From the IMG/VR virus record IMGVR_UViG_3300031992_002320: a stretch of DNA of 64,000 nucleotides; one strand, written 5' to 3'. The notes under the pieces are model-generated. The model saw only the letters and a program-made list of their open reading frames with translations, was not told where the DNA came from and did no database searches. The translations under genes were made by a program, and so were the position numbers. The stretch is from an uncultured virus (IMG/VR IMGVR_UViG_3300031992_002320) (taxonomy: Duplodnaviria; Heunggongvirae; Uroviricota; Caudoviricetes). Numbering within the stretch: the stretch's first letter is position 1; each line of letters opens with the position of its first letter. Shown here in pieces: positions 30,442-39,927 of this stretch.

Positions 30442-31655
30442 GGCGTTTAGATTGGCTTGATTCTTTTGTTGGTGAGAAGCGTGATGACACTAAGTTGGTG
30501 TTGTTGCATCACTTTGGATATACGTGTGATATGAGTAAGTTGGATCCGGTGTTTGTTGCCGAGGTGGAGTCCTTGATAGATGGTTATTCTGTGGAGGATG
30601 TGTTTGGGTTATTTGAGGAGCTCTCTTATGGTCAGGTCGTTATAGGCACCTTTGAGGTTGGGAGATGGTGGGGTAATGACAAGTTTGTGACTGTGCGGTC
30701 TACGATAGATGACTCTATTATGGCGGGGATTTCGAGTATGACTGCGTCGAATTTTGAGAGGCCTCATGTGGAGATTAAGCCGTTGGAGGGTTTCTGTGGG
30801 TATGTGCCAGCTAATCTTCAGTTTAATTATTCTTGTGGTCATTATGGTGACAGCGTTAATTTTCTTGATGTTGATTTTGAGAGTTTTTGTTCGGAGTTGC
30901 GCAAGGTTTTAAATATACCCAATATTAGAGTTTGTGTGAAGAGCTCGAATTGTAATTTCTACTCTCGTACTGGGGAGCTGCCGCCGGAGGATGCCGCATA
31001 TTTCTTTGCGTGTCCGAGTGATGTGACTGTGGTTAAGTATGAGGCGGGAGATGCCAAGACATCCATCATGGAATATGGTGATGATTATTTTCTTGGGACT
31101 GAGTTTGATACAAGTCGTTTGCGTGAGAGGGCCTATAAGGGTAGTGGTGATGCCGTGTATGGTTCGCGTCTGAAGACGCCTTGCATTTTCCTTATGGGGC
31201 CGCGTAAGGATGCTCCGAGGATGGATACCACATACTGTTATGCAATGCAGGGGGGTTCTTTGGGAAGGAACTCTGTTTTGAATAAGCGTGTTCGACCTTT
31301 GATTGGTCGTAAGCGTCTGTACAAGGATGATTTGTTAGGTCTTTATGCCATTAAGAGTAGGAATCCGAATAATGTGGGTGTTTATCTTCCGGGGTTGGGT
31401 TTCTATACACCCGTATTTGAGGATGGAGAGGAGACCTATCTTGTTGTGGGTGTTGAGACTACGGATGGTCTTATTCAAGGGAGTGAGAGGAAGAATCACA
31501 ATTTCCCGATGGTTGTTGATTTGGGGTTTGTGAAGCTGGGATTATATTTCGATCATCTTGTTGGTATTTGTGGTTATATGTTGGAGTTGCCTAAGGGTGA
31601 TGTCAAGGTTGAGCGTATTGATAATGCCTTTTGGGACAGGATTGGGGAGGTTTAA
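30438..31655 (+). CDS. hypothetical protein, partner of family C gene
   Basis: ATGA overlap with the upstream gene. NFYSRTGELPPEDAAYFF and RKRLYKDDLLGLYAI...LPGLGFYT are shared with the 33670 gene. Confidence 0.75.
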   Translation: MRRLDWLDSFVGEKRDDTKLVLLHHFGYTCDMSKLDPVFVAEVESLIDGYSVEDVFGLFEELSYGQVVIGTFEVGRWWGNDKFVTVRSTIDDSIMAGISSMTASNFERPHVEIKPLEGFCGYVPANLQFNYSCGHYGDSVNFLDVDFESFCSELRKVLNIPNIRVCVKSSNCNFYSRTGELPPEDAAYFFACPSDVTVVKYEAGDAKTSIMEYGDDYFLGTEFDTSRLRERAYKGSGDAVYGSRLKTPCIFLMGPRKDAPRMDTTYCYAMQGGSLGRNSVLNKRVRPLIGRKRLYKDDLLGLYAIKSRNPNNVGVYLPGLGFYTPVFEDGEETYLVVGVETTDGLIQGSERKNHNFPMVVDLGFVKLGLYFDHLVGICGYMLELPKGDVKVERIDNAFWDRIGEV

Positions 31656-31657
31656 GC

Positions 31658-31924
31658 ATGGCGAGTTTGAATTACTATGAGGTCTATTTGAAGATTGGAG
31701 ATAACGAGTGGATGGATGAGCCGGCAGGGGCAGTGAGTGATCGTGATGCTATACAGGTTGTTTTGAACAGGCGTGCTTGGACTAAGAACCACATCACGAT
31801 TCAGACGGGCCGTGTGGAGTCTAATGGTTATTTTGCACAGGTGCGTATGTTGAAGAGGGATCCCTTTACGGGTGAGTTTTCTGTTGTGAGCTGTCCGAGG
31901 CTTTTCGGTTTGAAGTATATTTGA
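31658..31924 (+). CDS. small hypothetical protein
   Basis: GGGGAGG RBS, 88 aa. Confidence 0.55.
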   Translation: MASLNYYEVYLKIGDNEWMDEPAGAVSDRDAIQVVLNRRAWTKNHITIQTGRVESNGYFAQVRMLKRDPFTGEFSVVSCPRLFGLKYI

Positions 31925-31942
31925 TTGTGGAGGGTTGTCCGT

Positions 31943-33658
31943 ATGGGTGCTAATAAAAAGTATATGGATGAGGGAAAGGCCGTACTTATCACGAAGGTTG
32001 TTTTTGGATTCTTTGGGGTTGAGTCTGTTTCCGAGGATATACTTCATATTCTTTGTAGGCGTATGTTATCGCGGGATTTTGATTCGTGTAGGCTCTTGAA
32101 ACAGTCCCCGGCGTATAAGTTAAAGCTGCGAGACATGACCGAGTATATTTGGTATGAGCTTCGTGTGGGAGATATTGATGTTTCTTGGATGAAGGGTTCA
32201 GGTAGGCCATGTACTCTGTGTGTTGTGTTTCATGGCTTTAGTGTTCAGCAGGATGTTTTTTGTGGTAGTGTACGCTTGTATCTGATTGGATCATCTCGTT
32301 GGCGAATTGACACTATTGGATGTGATAAGGCTGGGATCAAGGATGCCAAGTTTAAGTCGGAGCCCCTTATTGTTTCGGGGGCTTTATTTGGTCAGTCAGG
32401 TGATGGTGTTTTAAGTTATGGTGATATGAGCGTAGACACAGCGTACGTGGATGGTTTATTAAAAGGTTTTGGTTTATCGGTGCCGTTGTGTGGTGTGGAT
32501 GGTGTTGTATCCGCAGATGTTGATATGGTTTGTAGGCTTTGTTGTACGAGACTTGGTAGATCCTATGATGGGGATCCACATACTGTGGGGAGTCAGTTGT
32601 TGGGGGATATTTTCACTGGAGGTGGTACAACTCATGATGGGGTTGTATCGAGTGATGATGATTTTAATGTTGTGGATGGTTTTCTCGGTATGCCGATGTC
32701 TGATCAGATACAGGATCTTTTTAGTTGTGTGAATGATATTAAGGCTTTTCTTTCTTGGAAGTTTAAGTATATGCGTAACTTTGCATCGTGGTTATACTTC
32801 AGTGGCGGTGGATTCAGACCGCCCAAGCTCAGGGGGCCATGGAATTTTACGGTTATATTCTGTGGGGACTTGCAGGGTGGCTGGTGTGCGTTGCCGGTTA
32901 ATGTCAAGTGTCAGGGGGATTTGTCTTATCGAGGTGTGTTGCCGTTCATGAGTCTCGATGGGGAATATACTTTGAATGATATGCGGAGTAGGTGCTTGTT
33001 ATGTGTAGATGAGGGTGCAAGTGTTCCGCTTACACTGCCTTTGGGATGCGTGTGGTCGCGTAAGGATAATAATCTCGGAGTTGTTGTTAGGGGTAGTTGT
33101 GATGTTAGTGGGATTTCAGTTCGTGGGTTCTTGGAGAGTTTTTATGGTGGTTCTAAACCGAATGAGCTTTTAGTGTCGGTTCGGAATAATGGTGCTTATG
33201 TGCCCTTTGTCTGTTCTGGTGTGTCGGCATATTATTTCAAAGCTAAGGAGGCTGATCGTTGTGTTATACTGCCGGGGTTCACAGAGATTTTGGGTTTCTT
33301 TGGTTCTGATGAGCGTGGCGATTTCGAATTGAGTTCTGATTTGTTGCGAGTTCGTTATGAGAGGTGCGTTCGGTGTGGTGTGAAGGATGATGTTATAAAA
33401 TTACATCCCGAACTCTTTAAGTGTAGTGATTCACGAGGTGTGTTTATGTGTTGTCCCCCGGCGGAGTTTGTGTTGGCGGTGGTTGATGCACATAGTCACA
33501 CGGTCACTGAATTTACAAATGCAAGTGTTGATCTTGGGTGGTTGGATGCTGCTTGGGATGGTATCTATGCCAATTTTGTGCGTTACTCGGCGGCTGTAGG
33601 TAGTGATACGGTGAAGGGTATTTTTATAGGTTTTGAATGTGAATCACATTTTGGTTGA
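31943..33658 (+). CDS. hypothetical protein, paralogue family C
   Basis: SYGDMSVDTAYVDGLLKGFG, CRLCCTRLGRSYD and FCGDLQGGWCALPVN. Confidence 0.75.
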   Translation: MGANKKYMDEGKAVLITKVVFGFFGVESVSEDILHILCRRMLSRDFDSCRLLKQSPAYKLKLRDMTEYIWYELRVGDIDVSWMKGSGRPCTLCVVFHGFSVQQDVFCGSVRLYLIGSSRWRIDTIGCDKAGIKDAKFKSEPLIVSGALFGQSGDGVLSYGDMSVDTAYVDGLLKGFGLSVPLCGVDGVVSADVDMVCRLCCTRLGRSYDGDPHTVGSQLLGDIFTGGGTTHDGVVSSDDDFNVVDGFLGMPMSDQIQDLFSCVNDIKAFLSWKFKYMRNFASWLYFSGGGFRPPKLRGPWNFTVIFCGDLQGGWCALPVNVKCQGDLSYRGVLPFMSLDGEYTLNDMRSRCLLCVDEGASVPLTLPLGCVWSRKDNNLGVVVRGSCDVSGISVRGFLESFYGGSKPNELLVSVRNNGAYVPFVCSGVSAYYFKAKEADRCVILPGFTEILGFFGSDERGDFELSSDLLRVRYERCVRCGVKDDVIKLHPELFKCSDSRGVFMCCPPAEFVLAVVDAHSHTVTEFTNASVDLGWLDAAWDGIYANFVRYSAAVGSDTVKGIFIGFECESHFG

Positions 33659-33669
33659 TGGAGGCTTTT

Positions 33670-34959
33670 ATGGATAGGTTGGATTATTTGGTGCCTTTAA
33701 TGTGTACTCATGATGGTGATGCATGTCTTTCGGATGTGCTACGCCGTTTTGGTGTGGACACCGGGAGTAAGACTGATAGGGGTAAGTGGCATGATCTCGA
33801 TGCGGTGTTGGAGGGTGCCTCGCTTGAGGATGTAGCTGTCAGAGTTAACTCCGTTGTGGCGCGTTGTTTACATAGGGGGGCTTTCAGGCAGGAGTTTTTA
33901 GGGGATGTCATTTTGAGTTCAGTTGTCAATCAGGGTGATAGGGATGCTGTTTGTATAGATTCTGGGATATCCAAGGATGTATACTCTGGTATTGTGGGTT
34001 TTACCGAGGGTACCATAACACGTTTATCTGTCAGTTGTTATAAGTATAAGGGCATGCCTAATGTGGGGTGTGTGAGTGAGATTTTTTTGAATACTTGGAG
34101 TTATTCACTTTATGGTTATGATGATGATCCTATTGGGATTTTGGATGTGGATATTGAGAAGTTACGTGAGAATTTAATGCAATACGCGGGGGTTTCGGAC
34201 CTTCACCTTGTGTTTAGGCATGGGGCTAATTTGACATTCTATTCTCGTACGGGTTGCTTGCCGGCAGAGGGTGCGGGGTATTCTTTTGATTGTGTTGGTA
34301 TACGTGTGGTGGGATATGATGCAGGGGATTCTGTGGACTTTGTTAAGGGTGCAAAGGATAATATGTTCTTGCCTATGACTACTATTGTGGGGGCGAGGGA
34401 TGCTTGTGATGACATTGCACGGAATTTCGATGATAGGCGTAAGTGTGTTTACTCCACAAGTGGTTTGAAGGGTAAGCGTCGTGTCGGGGTATGTATGGGG
34501 GATCGTGATAAGGAGTGGGAGCTCGTATGGCCTAATGGTTGGGGGCATGGGAAGTCACAACGAGTTGAGTATTGGGATATTGTTGATATCAAGGGTATGC
34601 GTGCTGCGGAGGCTTCAATTTTTAATGCTCGTATTAGGGCTCTCTTTGGTAGGCAGCGTCTTTTTGTTGCGGATGTTGTGGGTATGTATGGCATCGACCT
34701 TGGGGATGCTGGTTGGTTCATTCCCGGACTTGGGGTTTATACAGTTGTTCCGGTGGATGCGGATCTTGGGTATTTTATGGTGAACGGTGGTTTTGAGACC
34801 AGCTTGAATTCACAGCAGCATTTTAAGGCTCCTTGTGGTGGGGGCAGTTTAGATGTTTGGCTCAGCAATTATGGTTTGAGTGTGGATTTCAGTGGTGATA
34901 AATCCAATTTGGATTTTGTTAAGTTTACTGATGCTCGTTTGGCTTCTATTTTAGGTTAG
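33670..34959 (+). CDS. hypothetical protein, partner of family C gene
   Basis: TFYSRTGCLPAEGAGYSF and RQRLFVADVVGMYGI...IPGLGVYT. Confidence 0.75.
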   Translation: MDRLDYLVPLMCTHDGDACLSDVLRRFGVDTGSKTDRGKWHDLDAVLEGASLEDVAVRVNSVVARCLHRGAFRQEFLGDVILSSVVNQGDRDAVCIDSGISKDVYSGIVGFTEGTITRLSVSCYKYKGMPNVGCVSEIFLNTWSYSLYGYDDDPIGILDVDIEKLRENLMQYAGVSDLHLVFRHGANLTFYSRTGCLPAEGAGYSFDCVGIRVVGYDAGDSVDFVKGAKDNMFLPMTTIVGARDACDDIARNFDDRRKCVYSTSGLKGKRRVGVCMGDRDKEWELVWPNGWGHGKSQRVEYWDIVDIKGMRAAEASIFNARIRALFGRQRLFVADVVGMYGIDLGDAGWFIPGLGVYTVVPVDADLGYFMVNGGFETSLNSQQHFKAPCGGGSLDVWLSNYGLSVDFSGDKSNLDFVKFTDARLASILG

Positions 34960-34966
34960 GAGGGTT

Positions 34967-35266
34967 TTGGCTATGCAGATGCCGGGTTTAAAGTGGGACA
35001 AGATTGAGGGTAGTATGTATTGCTTGCGTATCAGTGATGAGGATCCTGTTTCGGGTTCTTGTACTTATTCCTACTGGGGTACAATTTCTTGTGTGATGTT
35101 TCCCACACCTACAGGTGGGTTTAAGAAGTCCTATCAGGCAGTGATTCTTTGTACTGATGGTCGTAAGGTTTATAAGGAGTTTAAGCAGGGTATTCCGAGG
35201 CTTGCGGATGCTAAGCAGTATGTTGAAGATTATTTCCGTTGTGTTTGGAAGAAGCGTCATCGATAG
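34967..35266 (+). CDS. small hypothetical protein
   Basis: AGGAGG RBS overlapping the previous stop, 99 aa. Confidence 0.55.
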   Translation: MAMQMPGLKWDKIEGSMYCLRISDEDPVSGSCTYSYWGTISCVMFPTPTGGFKKSYQAVILCTDGRKVYKEFKQGIPRLADAKQYVEDYFRCVWKKRHR

Positions 35267-35269
35267 GGG

Positions 35270-35623
35270 GTGTATTTTATGGCTTATGTGAATGATCCTA
35301 ATGAGGCAAAGTTTGAACAGGCTGTCAAGGACTTTGTTGAGATGTTGATGAAGGAGGATATGGTTAAGCGTAATCTTAAGACGGATGGTTATATCTGTCC
35401 GGGCCCCGGCAATCAGCATGCGAAGGCGATTGAGTATTCCCTTTATGGTGGTGTGATTGATCTGTGTTGGAAGAGTAACCGTGCTCCCAATGCATGGATT
35501 TCGGATATGTGTCAGAAGAGTGGTGGGTTCATTCTGCGTGGTTATCATCAGCCGGCGCATGATGGCATGCCGGCGTTTGTGGTGTTTGGTTTCAATCCAC
35601 CGCATGTGCAGAAGGTGTGGTGA
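35270..35623 (+). CDS. small hypothetical protein
   Basis: ~115 aa ORF with window-typical codon usage. Confidence 0.55.
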   Translation: MYFMAYVNDPNEAKFEQAVKDFVEMLMKEDMVKRNLKTDGYICPGPGNQHAKAIEYSLYGGVIDLCWKSNRAPNAWISDMCQKSGGFILRGYHQPAHDGMPAFVVFGFNPPHVQKVW

Positions 35624-35645
35624 TAAATCTCATACAACTATTCTC

Positions 35646-35678
35646 ATCTCGGAGGTTTTTCAATCTCCGAGATTTTTT
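35646..35678 (+). terminator. intrinsic terminator
   Basis: ATCTCGGAGGTT-TTTC-AATCTCCGAGAT followed by TTTTT. Confidence 0.8.
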
Positions 35679-35735
35679 ATGTTTTGTTGGGGTGATGAGG
35701 GGTATTTTATTTGGTGGGCCGTTGGGAGGTTCGTT

Positions 35736-36176
35736 ATGGATGATAAGTATGTTACTTTACCCAAGTTGATTGTTCGGAATGAGAACGGTTTTCTGGGTGC
35801 GTTTATATGTTCACTCATATTTGCTGTGATAACAGTTTTCATTGTGCCGGATGGTGGGCCGCGTTGGTTGCCGTTCTGTCCGCCGTTGGCTTTTCTTTGT
35901 GCGTGGTTGATGGTTTTTGTGCCCGTGCATCGTGTGAAGAAGCATGGTGAGTCGATGGAGGGTACTGTCCGTTTTATGGATAGCGGGTGTCGAGCTGGGC
36001 GTGGTTGGATACTATACGTGCAATATAGGGAGGACGGTATTTGTAAGCTTGCGAGGGTTTGGGTAACTGACAGATATCGTCGTGAGAGTCATCTCCGTGA
36101 GGGGGATGTGCTTCCCATCGTGGTGTATGGGGAAGATGTGATTTGCAATGCTGATTTTGGTTGGCTTGAGATATGA
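35736..36176 (+). CDS. two-TM membrane protein
   Basis: GGGAGG RBS. Two hydrophobic helices followed by a small beta-rich region. Confidence 0.6.
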   Translation: MDDKYVTLPKLIVRNENGFLGAFICSLIFAVITVFIVPDGGPRWLPFCPPLAFLCAWLMVFVPVHRVKKHGESMEGTVRFMDSGCRAGRGWILYVQYREDGICKLARVWVTDRYRRESHLREGDVLPIVVYGEDVICNADFGWLEI

Positions 36177-36188
36177 TTTGGAGGATTT

Positions 36189-37595
36189 ATGCGTAGTACG
36201 ACTTTTAAGGGTTTGATGGATAGTGATATTGGCAGGTATTCTGTGTTTGTTCTCACGGAGAGTAGTGGTGATTATCTGCTGCCGTGGTTCTTGAATAAGG
36301 TCTATTCCGTTTGTGGTCTTGCGGCTCGTGATGTTCATGTAGGTCTTGAGGTTATCGATAGGATTTTCCCGAAGGATATGATTGGGGATTTGATTGACCG
36401 TGCGGACTTGTGTGAGATGGTTGAGCATCGTTTTCAGGGTTCTTTCGAGGTTTGTAGGGACTGGGATTCATTCCTTGGACCGTCTTGGGGTATGGGTGCC
36501 CCATTCCGTATTTTGGATTTACAGGTATCCTTGGACAGCTTTTCGGAGGTGTCGAAGGGAGTTTTGTCTGGTATTAAGGCTCATATCGACATGGTGGATA
36601 GGTTGCCGGAGATGTTTCCTTTGGGGGCTGCCATTGTGATTCGTGTTCCATCCTTGGATGGTGACCATCTTGATTTGGGCAAGAAGTTCAGTGGGTTTGT
36701 TCGTGGCCTTGAGGGGGCTTTAAGTGGGTGTGACCGTGTTTTGTGGGTGGATGGATCTGTTTGGGCCTTTGATAGGCGTTCGGTTGAGAGTTATATGTTT
36801 GGTGTTTTCAGGCCGGCTGGGGTTCTTGAGAGGGATTTCTTGAGGTACTGTGCTGGTTTGGTGGATTCGCTTGTCACGCTCCCCGGTTTCATCGAGGAGA
36901 TGAGCATGTTTGTTGGGGATGTTCGTGTGGTTTCGGATGATTCGGTGTGGAAGATTGACCGTGATATCTGTGCTGGCATGGCGGATGTGAAGAGGCTTTT
37001 TGGGGATGCTTCTTCAGAGCTTATGTGGGTTGATGCGCATCGTTTGGGGGATGTTTTGGCCAAGAGGTTCTTGGTACCCGGTTATAAGGGGCGTTTGTTC
37101 CGTTCCATCATCAAGCGTGGTCTCAAGGCCGAGATGGAGGCTTATGGGGCTGATAGTGATATCAAGTATGAGTTTTGGATGCGTGATAGGGCCTTATTAT
37201 GGCTTCGTATGGCGAGGGCTCGTTTGGTGAGGCTTTGTGGGGTTTATTCGTTGTATTCCGAGGGGGTTTTGAGTCTTGGTTTGGATCAGACGGTGCTTAG
37301 TGATCAGCATGTGAGGGATGTTTGTGCCTCTGTGGGTGTCAGGACGGTCACGATGTCCGATTTGAGGTTGGTATCGACCTTTGTTGCGCCGAAGGTGGAA
37401 GGCGGCTACGTGAGTCCCTTGAGTGTCCTGATGGCTCTTGTGGGGGTTTTTGATGAGGTAATTGGTGTTTGTACGGGTTATTCGTCTATGGCGGCCTCTG
37501 GGGGCGAATCTGGGGGTTCTGTGGGGATGCTCGGAGTGTTTCCGAGGTTATCTTTAGGTATTGAGAGTGCCTGTGGTTTCTTGAGTGTCAAATAA
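36189..37595 (+). CDS. hypothetical protein (weak resemblance to clamp-loader delta/HolA-like proteins)
   Basis: 468 aa ORF with GGAGG RBS. The functional guess rests only on the N-terminal VFVLTESSGDYLL pattern and genomic context. Confidence 0.4.
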   Translation: MRSTTFKGLMDSDIGRYSVFVLTESSGDYLLPWFLNKVYSVCGLAARDVHVGLEVIDRIFPKDMIGDLIDRADLCEMVEHRFQGSFEVCRDWDSFLGPSWGMGAPFRILDLQVSLDSFSEVSKGVLSGIKAHIDMVDRLPEMFPLGAAIVIRVPSLDGDHLDLGKKFSGFVRGLEGALSGCDRVLWVDGSVWAFDRRSVESYMFGVFRPAGVLERDFLRYCAGLVDSLVTLPGFIEEMSMFVGDVRVVSDDSVWKIDRDICAGMADVKRLFGDASSELMWVDAHRLGDVLAKRFLVPGYKGRLFRSIIKRGLKAEMEAYGADSDIKYEFWMRDRALLWLRMARARLVRLCGVYSLYSEGVLSLGLDQTVLSDQHVRDVCASVGVRTVTMSDLRLVSTFVAPKVEGGYVSPLSVLMALVGVFDEVIGVCTGYSSMAASGGESGGSVGMLGVFPRLSLGIESACGFLSVK

Positions 37596-37632
37596 TTTCT
37601 TCGATATTTGTTGATGTTATATCAATTTTGGG

Positions 37633-37661
37633 TTGCATTTTCAGAAGATGTGTGTTATATT
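37633..37661 (+). promoter_or_regulatory. sigmaA/sigma70-type promoter with extended -10
   Basis: TTGCAT-17 bp-TATATT with TGn before the -10, upstream of the resolvase gene. Confidence 0.7.
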
Positions 37662-37681
37662 GGTTCTGGGAGGACAGAGCC

Positions 37682-38467
37682 ATGAATATACACGTTTTTG
37701 AAGGAGTTGGAGTTGGTGCAGAGGTGAAGGATGTATCCTTTACCGAGATTTTCGGAGGGGGTTTTCACAAGAGTGTTGTGGAGTCCCGTGGTGTTGTGAA
37801 GCTGCGCCGTGATTCCGAGACTTTTGCTTCTGATGTGTTGGGGTTGTTCTCTGGTTTGGATGAGACAGCCTTCGTTTGTGGTATTGATCCGTCGGGAAGG
37901 TCGACGGGTGTCTATTTCCTTGGTGGTGCTGATAAGCATGTTCTTAAGGCTTTTGTGTTGAAGAGGCATACCGGGGAGTCTCTTGATTCCTTTATGTGGT
38001 GTTTTCAGAATTTTGTGAGGGGTGTCCTTAGCCGTGGTGGTTTTAGGAGGCTCTATTATGAGGATCCTTTTGTTGGGTTTAACTCGGCGGTAGGACCTCT
38101 TTTTGGTATGTTGGGGATTATCAGGGCTGAGTGTTATAGTGTGAGGCTTGAGGATAGGTTGCTTATCGTGGGTAATGGTGCATGGAAGGCCATCATTCAT
38201 TTCCTTGCCCCGGAGATTTGGACCTCCGTGAGTGGGGATGGCAAGGCTGCTGCCCGAGCTCTTATGCTTAAGTTTGTTGATATTCGTGATAGGTTTCCGT
38301 CGGACCTATCGGATTCTTGGGCGATATGCTTCCTTGGTTGTTTATGTTCTCCGATGTCGGGTGGTGATGATACGGTGGAGGGTGATGAGTATGATGCCAC
38401 CGAGGTAGCTCCCGATGTTGCTGGTGAGGCACCACCCGCGGGTTTTGGTTCTCTTGTGAGTTGGTGA
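37682..38467 (+). CDS. RuvC-like Holliday junction resolvase
   Basis: RNase H-fold catalytic pattern: VCGIDPSGRSTG, LYYEDPF, WKAII...GK, DLSDSWAI. Confidence 0.75.
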   Translation: MNIHVFEGVGVGAEVKDVSFTEIFGGGFHKSVVESRGVVKLRRDSETFASDVLGLFSGLDETAFVCGIDPSGRSTGVYFLGGADKHVLKAFVLKRHTGESLDSFMWCFQNFVRGVLSRGGFRRLYYEDPFVGFNSAVGPLFGMLGIIRAECYSVRLEDRLLIVGNGAWKAIIHFLAPEIWTSVSGDGKAAARALMLKFVDIRDRFPSDLSDSWAICFLGCLCSPMSGGDDTVEGDEYDATEVAPDVAGEAPPAGFGSLVSW

Positions 38468-38474
38468 TAGGGGA

Positions 38475-39089
38475 TTGAGGATGGTTGTTATGCGTTCCGC
38501 ACCGTTAGTTTTTCAGGACAATACATTGTTTGCTGGCTCTGCGGTGGATGTGCTTGGCAAGTACGAGCAGAGGTTTCGACGGGAGGCCTATGCGTGGATT
38601 AAGGGTGCGGGTTTAGAGGCAACTGTTTCGGATTGTATCACGGATCTGTATCTGTTTGCTGGTTTCTTGGATAAGTGGGGGCTTGGGGTGCCCGTGGGGT
38701 TCAAGGGAACGGTGGAGGATGACATCGTTGATGATATGTTCGGTGATCTCTTTGGTGGTACGAGTGTTGGGGACACGGTTGTAGATCGTGATACGGTGTT
38801 TGGCAGGTATCTTGGTGGTGTTCTCCGAGCTGGTATCAGCAGGGCCGTTAAGGATCCGGGTGGAGTTGCGTGGTTGGATTTTTATCGTCTTGAGGGTTGT
38901 GTTAATCCGGACGATTTTCGTAGTTTAGCATCGCCTGTGGTGATGGAGAGTTTATCGGAGACGGCGGTTGACATGGTTCATGTGGATGCGTCGATGAGGG
39001 TTCTCGGCAGGGGTGCGTTGTTTAAGGATTATTGGAGCCTTTTGGATAGTCTCGGTGTTGTGGAGGTGCAAGAGAGTGTTAGTTCGTAG
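38475..39089 (+). CDS. hypothetical protein (weak sigma region-2-like pattern)
   Basis: SDCITDLYL...FGRYLGGVLRAGI. Start uncertain. Confidence 0.45.
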   Translation: MRMVVMRSAPLVFQDNTLFAGSAVDVLGKYEQRFRREAYAWIKGAGLEATVSDCITDLYLFAGFLDKWGLGVPVGFKGTVEDDIVDDMFGDLFGGTSVGDTVVDRDTVFGRYLGGVLRAGISRAVKDPGGVAWLDFYRLEGCVNPDDFRSLASPVVMESLSETAVDMVHVDASMRVLGRGALFKDYWSLLDSLGVVEVQESVSS

Positions 39090-39927
39090 CGTGGAGTTTG
39101 TTTCTGAATCTTTGGTTGAGAAGGCCGTTGAGGAGTGTTCGGAGCGTGTGGATGTAGCCTATTGTTTAGGTGAGGGAGCCACTTGGTTTCGTGGGATGGT
39201 AACGGCTAAGTCAATTGAGGTACTCAGAATGCTTGAGATTCCAAGCCTTGAGGAGTTGGGTTTGACGATTGATGATATGTGTTCCATTGCGATGCTCAAT
39301 CTCTGTAGTCAGGGTTGTTATCAGCCCGATATGAACTATCATGGTCGTACTGATGCTGATTTCACCAAGGGGCTTGAGGTTTATATTGCGGGCACGGTCA
39401 GATATGCTTGTTTGGTTACCATTCGTGATTTGGGTAACATCTGCCGTAAGTCGGTTTCGGTGACCGAGCTTGAGGAGAAGGGTGATGCTTGGGAGTCCAA
39501 GTATAGTCGTGAGGATGAGTATTCGGCGTTGTTTTCATCCGATGGCAGTGATGATTATGATGGTTTGGTTCGCGATATCCGTGATGGTGTTTTGGTGACG
39601 GTGGATGGCCGTGTGGTTGATGGTACTGTTGCACTTTGTTTCTTGTTTCTCTTTTTCGGGTATGTTTCCGGGAATGCGGATATAATCAGGTATCTTGAGA
39701 AGAGGTCGCGTTGGTTGCTTTCGTTCTTTGATGTATTTATACCTGATGTTAGAAGTGGGATGGATATGAATTTCGTACAGGGTTTGTTCGATCTCATATC
39801 TTCCAATGCAGGCTCAGGCGTTGATGCGGTTGTTCCTTTGTTTCTGCGTTGTGTGCGCAAGTATGATAGTGAGGTCATTCTGCAGTGGGTAGCGTCTGTT
39901 GATGTTTTCATTTTTAAGGAGGTTTAG
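39076..39927 (+). CDS. hypothetical protein, possible diverged sigma factor
   Basis: GTG after GGAGG. IDDMCSIAMLNL...YQPD...LEVYIAGTVRYACLVTIRD resembles sigma70 region 2. Confidence 0.4.
   Translation: MLVRSVEFVSESLVEKAVEECSERVDVAYCLGEGATWFRGMVTAKSIEVLRMLEIPSLEELGLTIDDMCSIAMLNLCSQGCYQPDMNYHGRTDADFTKGLEVYIAGTVRYACLVTIRDLGNICRKSVSVTELEEKGDAWESKYSREDEYSALFSSDGSDDYDGLVRDIRDGVLVTVDGRVVDGTVALCFLFLFFGYVSGNADIIRYLEKRSRWLLSFFDVFIPDVRSGMDMNFVQGLFDLISSNAGSGVDAVVPLFLRCVRKYDSEVILQWVASVDVFIFKEV

Noticed and set aside
12512..34959. Diversity-generating retroelement or integron explanation for the paralogue array
   Set aside because: No reverse transcriptase, integrase, near-identical TR/VR pair with adenine-specific mismatches or attC-like sites were seen in the window.
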